Assembly: GCA_963701665.1 (NCBI GenBank) | Contig: OY969622.1 | Coordinates: forward strand, 1,209,159-1,273,158 | Direction: 5' to 3' | DNA: 64,000 nucleotides | Source of the DNA: Candidatus Babeliales bacterium | GTDB lineage: Bacteria > Babelota > Babeliae > Babelales > JANWKD01 | In this document: piece by piece, positions 20,079 to 29,069 of the stretch | Layout: the number at the start of each line of letters is the position of its first letter | Numbering within the stretch: the stretch's first letter is position 1 | Made by a program: the position numbers and the translations under genes | Notes under the pieces: generated by a model | Database searches by the model: none | Told to the model about the DNA's origin: nothing | What the model saw: only the letters and a program-made list of their open reading frames with translations

Positions 20079-20462
20079 CTAATTATTTTTTCCTTTTATG
20101 CAGTTGCAAGCAACAAGGGCACACACCCCGCACGCCGCACCTCCAACAGCACCGACGGACAATACCTCTACGGCATGATAACGTTCACCTTCTTGTAATG
20201 AATCTTCATCGGAGTAATAAAAACAAGCACCGCCACATACACCCAGTAGACAGAAACTTGCGGTCATTACTATTTCGCCAAATGTTGGTGCTCTCGTTTC
20301 AACCTTGATATGTTTATTTCTTTTTTTAATTTTTTTTATTTTTCTTCGAGTTTTAAGTGGATTAATGGCAACCGGTGCAGTTCTCTTGTATGCTGCACAT
20401 ATATACGAATCATTAGCAAACATCGTAATGAGCATTCCGATTGTAAGTAGTTTTTTTATCAT
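20079..20462 (-). CDS. Small membrane protein with basic tract and Gly/Cys-rich hydrophobic segments
   Basis: MIKKLLTIGMLITMFA signal; RRKIKKIKKRNKH; hydrophobic segments SFCLLGVCGGACFYY and VGAVGGAACGVCALVACNC. Confidence 0.45.
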   Translation of the reverse strand: MIKKLLTIGMLITMFANDSYICAAYKRTAPVAINPLKTRRKIKKIKKRNKHIKVETRAPTFGEIVMTASFCLLGVCGGACFYYSDEDSLQEGERYHAVEVLSVGAVGGAACGVCALVACNCIKGKNN

Positions 20463-20958
20463 TGTGTCCCAAGGTGTTCATTGTGTTTAAAATTTTATTC
20501 CATTCACAAATAATAAGTATAATAATGCCAATAAATTGCACAATACAAACGAGGGGATAAAATAAATAGACTTTTTCCCGAGCAAAATGCTTAAGGTTCT
20601 ACATGCTTAGTCTTTAATTGACATATACCTCCTAAAGACGAGATCCGATATATACCACATAGTTTGTATAGATTTTTTCCTACGTACACGATACAAAATT
20701 ATGTTAACCTCTCGGGTACGTTCTACTTTTATTCACATCAGCTTAAATTAGTAGAAGAATCGTTTAGCTGATATGCTCATTTTTTTTGCGAAGAATACAG
20801 TAAACTTCGGCATGCTTTCTTAAACATTTCTGGGAAAGCTTTTAGACTTTTTTACAGGGAAGAATCAGATAAAAACAGGTAGGGACAGACTCTCTCCTTC
20901 TTATTTTCAGGATACCACGTCCCAATCAGGCAAGTCAACGGTTTTTAGCATAATTTTA

Positions 20959-21927
20959 TTATGCCGTTTTTCTCCAATTATTGATGCAATCGATCGTTTC
21001 ATGCAACGCGCGCCGTTGTGATTCGAGTGTATTAAATGCGTTATGATATGAAATAAAAACGCGCGGATGATTAATAAGATAGGTATTTTGGCAAATTGTT
21101 TTATACGCTGTTTGGGCAAGTGAAGTATGCATAAGTACCGACATATGAAAGGTGAAGAATTCTTCTTCAAGCACATCGAGCGCAATGCCGCCAACGAGGT
21201 TTTTTTCTAGAAGTTCAATAAGCGCACTCGTTTCAATAACACCGCCGCGCGCCGTATTAATCAAGAAGAACCCTCGTTTACATTGTTTGAGTGTTTGTGC
21301 ATTTAACATATGCTTCGTTTGATCGTTCAGGGGAACATGCACGGTAATAATATCAGCTTGCTGCAAGAGTTCATTCAATGGCACTAATTTCACATCATCG
21401 GCTGAGGTTTTGCAAGGATCGTACGCAATGATGCTCATAGAAAATCCGCGTGCAATGTTAGCAACCGCAGATCCAATATTTCCCAAACCAATAATGCCGA
21501 GTGTTTTACCAGCAAGTTCAACGCCCATGATAGCCTCATAATTTTTTTGCGCACGCGTTAGCTCGCGAAATGGTATAGTTTTCTTCATGATCGTCAGCAT
21601 TAATGCGAATGTATATTCAGCAACCGCTTGCGTTGCATAACACGGTAATGTATATGTCTTTATGCCGCGCTCCTGAATTGCTCGACAATCAAGATGATCA
21701 GCGCCAGTCGTACGAGAAAAAATAGCTTTAAGCTTAGGAAAGTGCGCAAGCACTTCTTTGTTGATGATAGAAAAAATAAAGACAGAAATCACATCGGCAT
21801 CGCGCGCTTGTTGTGGTATATTTTTCTGAGTAAGCGGATAGCTAAAAAAGTATACTTCATCACGTTCAAATGCTTTTTTTAAAATTTCTTCTTGTTCAGA
21901 CGTTACTTCAAAAAAAAGCATTTTCAT
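20959..21927 (-). CDS. D-isomer-specific 2-hydroxyacid dehydrogenase
   Basis: NAD-binding GIIGLGNIGSAVA; catalytic-region NTARGGVIE; start at ATG 21927 (MKMLFFEV), with AAGGAA upstream. Confidence 0.85.
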   Translation of the reverse strand: MKMLFFEVTSEQEEILKKAFERDEVYFFSYPLTQKNIPQQARDADVISVFIFSIINKEVLAHFPKLKAIFSRTTGADHLDCRAIQERGIKTYTLPCYATQAVAEYTFALMLTIMKKTIPFRELTRAQKNYEAIMGVELAGKTLGIIGLGNIGSAVANIARGFSMSIIAYDPCKTSADDVKLVPLNELLQQADIITVHVPLNDQTKHMLNAQTLKQCKRGFFLINTARGGVIETSALIELLEKNLVGGIALDVLEEEFFTFHMSVLMHTSLAQTAYKTICQNTYLINHPRVFISYHNAFNTLESQRRALHETIDCINNWRKTA

Positions 21928-21980
21928 TATACATTCCTTTTTTGTTTTGACATAAAACAATGAAATTGTACAAAGAACAT

Positions 21981-22096
21981 CAGAATGTCATTCCGAGGCA
22001 TCTTGTGCCGTGGGAATCCAAAATTCAATAAATCCTTATTTTTGGAATAATTTTATTATCTGGATTGCCACGCATTCGCTCGCAATGACGATTCTG
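21981..22096. repeat. Complete copy of the palindromic MITE-like repeat
   Basis: CAGAATGTCATTCCGAGG...GCCGTGGGAATCCA...TGGATTGCCACGC...CTCGCAATGACGATTCTG. The outer and inner arms are imperfect reverse complements, so the whole 116 bp can fold into one long hairpin. Confidence 0.65.
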
Positions 22097-22198
22097 CATA
22101 CAATATTTATTTCTTTAGTCACTGTTTTATGTGCCCAATTAGTTTTCTAATTTGTTAAAAACAGTGATAACACATAAAAAAGAAATAAGTACAGAAAA

Positions 22199-23416
22199 TT
22201 AAAGCACAATGTGCTCTAATGCCCAATCTTCGTAGCGTCGCGCGGTTCTCAAAATACCGAATGATACTGATGAGAATTTGAGATTAGGAAAAGGTGCCGT
22301 TAAGAAAGTAACTACCTTGAAATCCCACAATGGCATAATACCTTTATTCTCTTCTAATAAGGTAAGCATACCGCCATGATGCTGATGCGCTCTAAAAATT
22401 GCTCTCAACTTAACATCATGAGCATTAATTCTTGTAAGCATGTATTCGGTAAGTTTTTGACCAAAAACCCATCCACGCCCTGGATGATAATCAACAACTG
22501 GGGAACGATAATTTTCTTGACGCTCAATAAAATCATTCCATAAAAAACCGAGTGTCACAGGATTTGTTGGTAATACTGGTTTGAAATTACATATTTCATG
22601 CTCAGGAATATTTTTTATCACATCTTGTTTAAGATGTGGTGGCAATTCGCGCACTGCTTCAACACGCTCGATTAAGGGTAAAGCATGATACATATTTGAA
22701 TGAGTATCTGCTAACAAGCGATAAGGGTTGTAGCCAATTTCAATACCGCCGTGACAGCATTGAATAAAGTCATGGTGATCACCTGAACCAAGATAAAGAA
22801 CGGTTGGCATATATTCATATATATCAAACACTGCATTTAGTTCATCGCCGGTGATCTCAGGAAATTTCGCACACAATTCGCTTTTAAATCCGTAGACGGT
22901 ATTTAACAATCTATCTTCATGATTCCCGCGCACAAGAAATACTGAACGAGGGTTACGCAGTTTTAAAGTAAGTATCGTAGTTAGCACTTCAACACCTGAA
23001 GGCCCGCGATCAACATAATCACCGAGAAAGATACAATAAAATTGTGGCTTCATAATTACGAGATTCTGGTCGATATAACCATCTCTTTGTAAAGCAAGAA
23101 TACACTCGTCGAGTGCTTTTTTATTCCCGTGTAAATCCCCAAAAAAAGCTATTTCACTTCCGTGCGGAACGCTGAGTTTTTGTGCAAATGGGGTAAAGCT
23201 CGTGACCTTTCGTTGGGTAAAGGGATTACCCTGTGAAAGCCAAGGTGCTGAGCGCAGGTGTTCATGAGAAGTCACCTTAAAATCATGAATAACCTTTTTG
23301 AACTCTTGGTGCGATGGCAAGGCCTGTTGCGGGCGGACCTGCCTGCCTGCCCTATCGGCAAAAAGCTGGAAACTTGAAAAAGTTAAAAACAGTAAAAATA
23401 TATTCTTTTTATTCAT
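22199..23416 (-). CDS. PPP-family Ser/Thr protein phosphatase with signal peptide
   Basis: GDLHGN, GDYVDRG, RGNHE, CCHGG and FRAHQ motifs in canonical order. Start at ATG 23416 (MNKKNIFLLFLTFSSFQLFA), with GGAGG upstream. Confidence 0.85.
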   Translation of the reverse strand: MNKKNIFLLFLTFSSFQLFADRAGRQVRPQQALPSHQEFKKVIHDFKVTSHEHLRSAPWLSQGNPFTQRKVTSFTPFAQKLSVPHGSEIAFFGDLHGNKKALDECILALQRDGYIDQNLVIMKPQFYCIFLGDYVDRGPSGVEVLTTILTLKLRNPRSVFLVRGNHEDRLLNTVYGFKSELCAKFPEITGDELNAVFDIYEYMPTVLYLGSGDHHDFIQCCHGGIEIGYNPYRLLADTHSNMYHALPLIERVEAVRELPPHLKQDVIKNIPEHEICNFKPVLPTNPVTLGFLWNDFIERQENYRSPVVDYHPGRGWVFGQKLTEYMLTRINAHDVKLRAIFRAHQHHGGMLTLLEENKGIMPLWDFKVVTFLTAPFPNLKFSSVSFGILRTARRYEDWALEHIVL

Positions 23417-23670
23417 AGAAAACCTCCATTCTAATAGGCTTCTAAAAAGTATAGCACGGTAAGGCTTTATTGGCAAAAGCCTCCAGGCTGTAGGAACAGA
23501 GTCCTATAAAATTTTCTTGACAATGTCCTTGGGGGTTGTTAGGATTTGCCCTGACTTCATAAAAACGTAAAAAAATGTCCCTAAATGAACAATACTCATT
23601 CTTTTTGTATTGTTCACCCCCTAACCCTTCAGCTTATTTAAGTTGGAGGGATTTTATTTTAAGTTGAAAC

Positions 23671-24162
23671 TCAATCAGTCTTAATCGTCTTTTTCATTTG
23701 TTGTATATGTAACTTAGTTTTACAATGACGTTTATAATAACTTTCGATATACGCTCTTCTACAATAATCGCAATATATCTCATCTTCTTGCCGCTTTTTC
23801 ACTATTCCTTTTGGCTTTTTGTTGTCTTTTAATTCCCATATTTTTTGATATACCGTAGCGAAATCTGATGTTTCAATTTCATACGTCTCACCATCTATCG
23901 TCTGGCGCCATTCTTTCCATTGCTTATGCATTGGCGAACAAGTATATCCTTCTTCTATTTTCTCACGTAATGAGGCGCACTGTTGACGAATCAATTCGTT
24001 ATTTGGATCATCCATTTTACAATCCGACTCAGCGCAGTATGGTGCTGTATCTACTATTGATGTCGGGATATAAGTGATAGCAGTTAATTCTTGAAGATCT
24101 TGAGTGTGTAACGAAAATATAAGCATATGTATAAAACCAAACAAAAAGATTATTTTTTTCAT
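23671..24162 (-). CDS. Secreted protein with C-terminal C2H2 (U1/matrin-like) zinc finger
   Basis: Signal MKKIIFLFGFIHMLIFSLHT. YCDYCRRAYIESYYKRHCKTKLH has CX2C...HX5H spacing. Confidence 0.6.
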   Translation of the reverse strand: MKKIIFLFGFIHMLIFSLHTQDLQELTAITYIPTSIVDTAPYCAESDCKMDDPNNELIRQQCASLREKIEEGYTCSPMHKQWKEWRQTIDGETYEIETSDFATVYQKIWELKDNKKPKGIVKKRQEDEIYCDYCRRAYIESYYKRHCKTKLHIQQMKKTIKTD

Positions 24163-24235
24163 CGCTATTTACTCGCACTAATGGGATTATAGATCAATGG
24201 AAAATCTTTACTGTAATAATTGCACAAACAAATTA

Positions 24236-24264
24236 TTCAAATAAATATTGATATGTAGTATAAT
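24236..24264 (+). promoter_or_regulatory. Candidate sigma70-type promoter for the ankyrin gene
   Basis: TTCAAA, a 17-nt spacer, then TATAAT, about 115 nt upstream of ATG 24380. Chance matches are common in AT-rich DNA. Confidence 0.3.
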
Positions 24265-24379
24265 ATTTACTATTGTATATTTTTAACAACATAACAATAA
24301 TCACTAGTTCTAGCAAAAAAATTTAAAAAAAAATGCTACAAAGTATATACGCTCGGCATTTTTCAAAAGGAAAGTAATT

Positions 24380-25216
24380 ATGAACTTTACGTCATTTATC
24401 CCATGTATACTCTTTCTGACACTCGTTTCAAATACACTCGCTATGGATAATGATCGTTGGCCCGAACGCTCGCCCTCACCAACGCCGAGGTTACGTCAAA
24501 AAACAAGCCCGTATAATGAGGCGTCTCATAAAATTTTTATGAAAGCGCTTTTAAAAACATTAAAAGATAAAAAAGGCACCGATGTTGATGAGCTTTTGGG
24601 TACGTATCTTCAAACACATCAAACATTAGATTGTATTTTTCATGGTGCAATTACTAAAAATCAACACAATCTAGTTCGTTATCTTGTGAACAACTATAGT
24701 AAAAATATTGATGTAAACATACCGGATGAAAAGGGGCGCAGCGCTTTACATAAAGCAGCAAGAACTGGTTCTCCTGCTATAGTTGATCAAATATTATCCT
24801 TATGGCCAAATGTAAATAGCAAAACACGAGCAGGCAACACGCCTCTCCATGCTGCTGCAAAAAATGGCAATACCGAAGTCCTGAAACGCTTACTACAATC
24901 TTATTACGGTGCAGATCTTGAAGCGCGTAACCTCAAACAACAAACACCCCTTGTCGTGGCTGTTGAATATGTTCAGCCAGCTGCATATGATTTCTTCATT
25001 AAACGTCGAGCAAATGTCAGTGTTATAAGTAAAGAGGGGACAACGCTCTTACATTCAGCCGTACTTAGTGGCTACTTACCGATGGTACTTAACCTTATAA
25101 AGACGCATAAACTGGATACATGTGCACATGATGGCCACAACCGAACGCCATATGATATTGCTCATAAAAATGAAGATACGAATATGATTGTTAATCTTGA
25201 AGGTTATCCCCATTAA
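24380..25216 (+). CDS. Ankyrin-repeat protein with signal peptide
   Basis: Canonical repeats GRSALHKAARTGSPAIVDQIL, GNTPLHAAAKNGNTEVLKRLL and GTTLLHSAVLSGYLPMVLNLI. N-terminal MNFTSFIPCILFLTLVSNTLA. Confidence 0.85.
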   Translation: MNFTSFIPCILFLTLVSNTLAMDNDRWPERSPSPTPRLRQKTSPYNEASHKIFMKALLKTLKDKKGTDVDELLGTYLQTHQTLDCIFHGAITKNQHNLVRYLVNNYSKNIDVNIPDEKGRSALHKAARTGSPAIVDQILSLWPNVNSKTRAGNTPLHAAAKNGNTEVLKRLLQSYYGADLEARNLKQQTPLVVAVEYVQPAAYDFFIKRRANVSVISKEGTTLLHSAVLSGYLPMVLNLIKTHKLDTCAHDGHNRTPYDIAHKNEDTNMIVNLEGYPH

Positions 25217-25521
25217 GAAACATGCGTTCCCGTCAAAGAAATTTCTCTGATCTGTCCATCTTCTTTGTGCTGCATGATAACCGATGAAGGCAATACCGTT
25301 TTAACTTGCCATTTAGTTTCAGTACTTAAAAGCGCAATTTCTTCATGATCTAATTTTGGTGATTCTTTGATTTCAGCCACTGCTTTTTTAGCATCTTTAC
25401 GTTGCTCATCTGCTGAACACCCAAAACAGAATGGGTTGCGTTGCGCGTCATTTTTTTCTTGCACACCAAATAAAGGACAAAAAAATAAGCCCATACTAAG
25501 CAAGATATGTATTTTATGCAT
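25213..25521 (-). CDS. Small exported protein, last gene of the M23 operon
   Basis: Start at ATG 25521 (MHKIHILLSMGLFFCPLFG), overlapping the upstream stop by 8 nt. No family recognised. Confidence 0.45.
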   Translation of the reverse strand: MHKIHILLSMGLFFCPLFGVQEKNDAQRNPFCFGCSADEQRKDAKKAVAEIKESPKLDHEEIALLSTETKWQVKTVLPSSVIMQHKEDGQIREISLTGTHVS

Positions 25522-26098
25522 GTGGCTCCTTTGTGCTTTCAGCAATCTCGATGAGAGTAAAAAGACACGTTGCACATACCTGCTCATCATCAACTTTGTT
25601 CATGCGAACTTTATCAACGGTCAGCACATACCGGATTTCTTGTATTGCTTTGAAAAACGCGTGCAATGAAGCAAATGATCCTTTTAATTCAAAAAGGAAG
25701 CAATGGGCATTATACCACCCATGACGTGTAATACCTTGCGGCTGGTATGAACAAAAAATCAGGTCATGACGCTCGATCGTGCTAAAAATCTCGGCAACCG
25801 TGTCGAGCGGCGACAAAACAACGCACGCATCAGACATTGATGCATACTGTTGTAAACGCTCGTCTAAAAGAAGCGCGCGCTGATCCAGCATATTCAGTGA
25901 TGCACTCGTTTCATGATCGTGCGTGTGAATACCTTGCTCATACATCGCAATTGACGCGCGCAATGGATGCCATACGGCATAAAACCATGCACTCGTTATG
26001 AGCAAACAAAGTGAAAGTGTTATCAGCACACGATATCGTGAAGGAATTTTGATGACATACCATAATGGTGTGTTCATACGATAAAAGAAATCATACAT
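25514..26098 (-). CDS. Single-pass membrane protein (TM, then coiled coil, then alpha/beta domain)
   Basis: TM segment VLITLSLCLLITSAWFYAVW followed by a helical stretch. The architecture resembles PilN/PilO-type proteins, but no diagnostic motif was seen. Confidence 0.45.
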   Translation of the reverse strand: MYDFFYRMNTPLWYVIKIPSRYRVLITLSLCLLITSAWFYAVWHPLRASIAMYEQGIHTHDHETSASLNMLDQRALLLDERLQQYASMSDACVVLSPLDTVAEIFSTIERHDLIFCSYQPQGITRHGWYNAHCFLFELKGSFASLHAFFKAIQEIRYVLTVDKVRMNKVDDEQVCATCLFTLIEIAESTKEPHA

Positions 26099-26121
26099 CG
26101 CTACTACCCCTTTTTATACTA

Positions 26122-27327
26122 TTAAAAAGTAGGTTTAATCCATTGCATAGGATCCACAGGAATATTGTTTATTCTCATTTCCCAATGTAAATGATAGCCA
26201 CTTGCATAGCCTGTTTTGCCTAACGTACCAATTGGATTACCCCGTTTTATGAAGTCTCCAACATTGATATCAGCAAATGAATCTAAATGGAAGAAAAGAG
26301 ATAAAATCCCATAGCCATGATCGATTACAACGGTATTGCCACTGAAAGCGTAACGATTTTTGAGTACAACAACACCATCTTGTGTCGCCCATACTACCGA
26401 TTTTGGCATATTCAGAATATCAACAGCCTTATGTGCATAGCGACCGCGCTCTTGCGTGGTACGGATAGTACCATATTCTGTTGATACTGCTGTTATATCG
26501 ATTGGGGGATAAAAAACACCGTGCCATAATTTTTTATGCGGTGATTGTTCCGTAAGTTTTTCAAGTTCATGTTCTAATTCTTGTGCCGCTAAACCTGCTT
26601 CTTTTTCTTCTTGCACTTTTGCTGCATCTATGCGTAACATCTGTTTTTTAAATTGGAAAGGCAAAATTTGAAATTTACTATCGAGCACAAGCACGTTGCC
26701 AACATGATCAGTAATTTCGACGCTTAGAGGATATTCGTTAGGTATCTCTTCACAAAGTATTGGGATAAAACATTCATAGATGGGTGAATTTTTTGCCTCT
26801 TGAAAACAGTCGTAATTGTGTGATAACGCGCGCACCATAACTGATTTGATTTCTTTGTTTACTTGAAACTGAACATGCAACGTTCTTCCCTGCAGCACTT
26901 TATAATCGGCTTCCGAACGTACCATAGCAGCTTGCAAAGGACTATTATCAACGTAGAAACCATATTCGATGCATGCTTTTTGTGCATGGTAAGTAGCATT
27001 AATTGCTTCTGCCTTAATCATATGGAAACCATTTTGTAATGAGGTGGTTTCAACGCTGAAAGGATATTCAAAATGTCCCGCATTAATCTTGAATTTATGG
27101 ACAAGTAATTTCCCATCAAGCCACACCGAAATATCAGCAACCTTATAAGGATCCGATCCTTCTAATCGACATTGCACTTCCTGAGCGCAGTACGTATCGG
27201 GCTCTATGCCGTGAAACACGAGCGCGGGTTTATGCACATCAAGAAAATAGTGATAACCACGCCAACTGAAAAAACCAATAACACCACACAAAAGTATAAA
27301 GAGTAATGAATTCATTTTAAATGACAT
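26122..27327 (-). CDS. M23 (LytM-type) metallopeptidase with N-terminal membrane anchor
   Basis: HKAVDI...DHGYGILSLFFHL...GKTGYASGYHLHWEMR (HxxxD and HxH motifs). Start at ATG 27327, with GAGG 6 nt upstream. Confidence 0.85.
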   Translation of the reverse strand: MSFKMNSLLFILLCGVIGFFSWRGYHYFLDVHKPALVFHGIEPDTYCAQEVQCRLEGSDPYKVADISVWLDGKLLVHKFKINAGHFEYPFSVETTSLQNGFHMIKAEAINATYHAQKACIEYGFYVDNSPLQAAMVRSEADYKVLQGRTLHVQFQVNKEIKSVMVRALSHNYDCFQEAKNSPIYECFIPILCEEIPNEYPLSVEITDHVGNVLVLDSKFQILPFQFKKQMLRIDAAKVQEEKEAGLAAQELEHELEKLTEQSPHKKLWHGVFYPPIDITAVSTEYGTIRTTQERGRYAHKAVDILNMPKSVVWATQDGVVVLKNRYAFSGNTVVIDHGYGILSLFFHLDSFADINVGDFIKRGNPIGTLGKTGYASGYHLHWEMRINNIPVDPMQWIKPTF

Positions 27328-27494
27328 TGAAAACCTCGATGAGTGAAAATTGCACACTAGAATGAAGATTGTTCAGTATTCTACTATAAATCTTTTTGGC
27401 GCATACGTAAATTTTTAAAAAATAAAAAAGTATTGCTTTCTTTCTGATTGAAACACTAGAATTTGTTCAATTAATAAAAAAGGATAGGTAACAC

Positions 27495-29039
27495 ATGAAC
27501 ACAAAATCGTGCGTGAACATACTCATAGTTGCAATACTCATGCCAACATTTTTTTTGAATGCGCAAGATCAAGCCACACTATGCTCTAAGCAATGTTATC
27601 CCCGTCAAGGTAAAAAATATACGCCATCACAATTAGTTGTAAGTCATCCCATTGATCCTACTACCGGCATAAAAACCTTAAATGCGCATACTAAAAACAA
27701 TGTACCACAGGGTCTTTCAAAAGGATTTCAAACAACCTTTTGTAGTTTTACCAAAACAGCAACCATAGAAATCAATCACCCACCAGCAAATCAATTATTC
27801 CCTGATGACGGCTCTTTAAGTCAACTTCTTGATAGTTTTTTGACAAGCATCAAGCAAGATACCTATTTTACCGTGTATTTCAGTAAGATACATCTTCTCT
27901 ATTTACATGAACTTTATATTTATTTGACCAAAGTATATACCGTATTCAACCTCACGCCCTATGCTTCACTCGATAAATATCTTGATCAAGAATCAAAAAC
28001 AGGTTTTATTAAGAAAAAATTAATTATCAGTCATCTTATCAGCATCATAGAAGCACAATCAAATCAAGCAATTTTAGCACGCTTTCCTTCTGGGCTCCCG
28101 CAGCATCTTGCAACCTATGCCGGCAATACGCTTATGAAAAATGATTATGGTGCTAATCTTGATATGATGCTTAAAGATTCTGAAAAAACGCTCATGGTAG
28201 ATCCTACAACGCAAGGTTTGCTCAAGCCAACGTTTGATAACAAAAGGGATCTCTACCTGACGTTCCTTGGCAATTATTTGAAATTCTTCACACAATATAC
28301 TGCCGCGCTTTCACAAAAAAATGCTGCGCAAGAGTTCACCGGATTCTCTACGTTTGTTGCCCATGCACAACGTATTAAAACAATCATGGATAAAATTACT
28401 GCCGATGCTGCAACAACATTGCGCGCAGTTCAACAGATTACGCCCCCACTTTTCTTTTATGACACACAGAGCTTGCGCGCGCTTAAAGTTATTCCTCAGC
28501 TTGCACACGAATTACCGGTAAATACAATCAGTATCGCGTGGCCTGATGCGCTCGTAAAAGCAGCACAAGGCGGCACAACACTCAAAGATAAATTTGGGTA
28601 TGAATCGACCATCCCACTTGCCTATTTTGCCAACGGTAAAGGCAAAAAAGTTTCCTCACTAGCTCAGGCAAAACATCTCTATGTTAATATTCCCACCATG
28701 CAGTATTTGTATGTGCAAGAAGTGTTACCACAACCGGCATGGATGAATTCTCCTGATGGCATTATCAAAATGTTACGCGCATGCGTTGGTGATTTTTCGG
28801 TGTTATTTGACCCTATTTTTAAGGGCACCACAATATTAGATCCTTGTTTGGGCTGCATCATAGCAAATGCTGCACAAAAAGCAGGCATCTCTCCTGTTGA
28901 CGCTCGTTATTGCAATGCAACCGCAGCATACTTGAAAGGTATTGAAGAAGCCCTCAATGCCGTTCAACAATCATCACAAGTTGGCGATGGCGGTGATTCA
29001 ACGGGTACGATAGATCCAAATGCCCCAGGCGGATCTTAA
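27495..29039 (+). CDS. Large secreted hypothetical protein (operon gene 1)
   Basis: Signal MNTKSCVNILIVAILMPTFFLNA; 514 aa; no recognised family; Gly/Asp/Ser/Thr-rich C-terminal tail. Confidence 0.65.
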   Translation: MNTKSCVNILIVAILMPTFFLNAQDQATLCSKQCYPRQGKKYTPSQLVVSHPIDPTTGIKTLNAHTKNNVPQGLSKGFQTTFCSFTKTATIEINHPPANQLFPDDGSLSQLLDSFLTSIKQDTYFTVYFSKIHLLYLHELYIYLTKVYTVFNLTPYASLDKYLDQESKTGFIKKKLIISHLISIIEAQSNQAILARFPSGLPQHLATYAGNTLMKNDYGANLDMMLKDSEKTLMVDPTTQGLLKPTFDNKRDLYLTFLGNYLKFFTQYTAALSQKNAAQEFTGFSTFVAHAQRIKTIMDKITADAATTLRAVQQITPPLFFYDTQSLRALKVIPQLAHELPVNTISIAWPDALVKAAQGGTTLKDKFGYESTIPLAYFANGKGKKVSSLAQAKHLYVNIPTMQYLYVQEVLPQPAWMNSPDGIIKMLRACVGDFSVLFDPIFKGTTILDPCLGCIIANAAQKAGISPVDARYCNATAAYLKGIEEALNAVQQSSQVGDGGDSTGTIDPNAPGGS

Positions 29040-29069
29040 GATAGGTAATCAATGATGAGGAGCCAAGTA

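Noticed and set aside
20907-21194. 95-aa minus-strand ORF at the 3' end of the dehydrogenase gene
   Set aside because: It is out of frame within and adjacent to a well-supported gene, and no independent support was seen.
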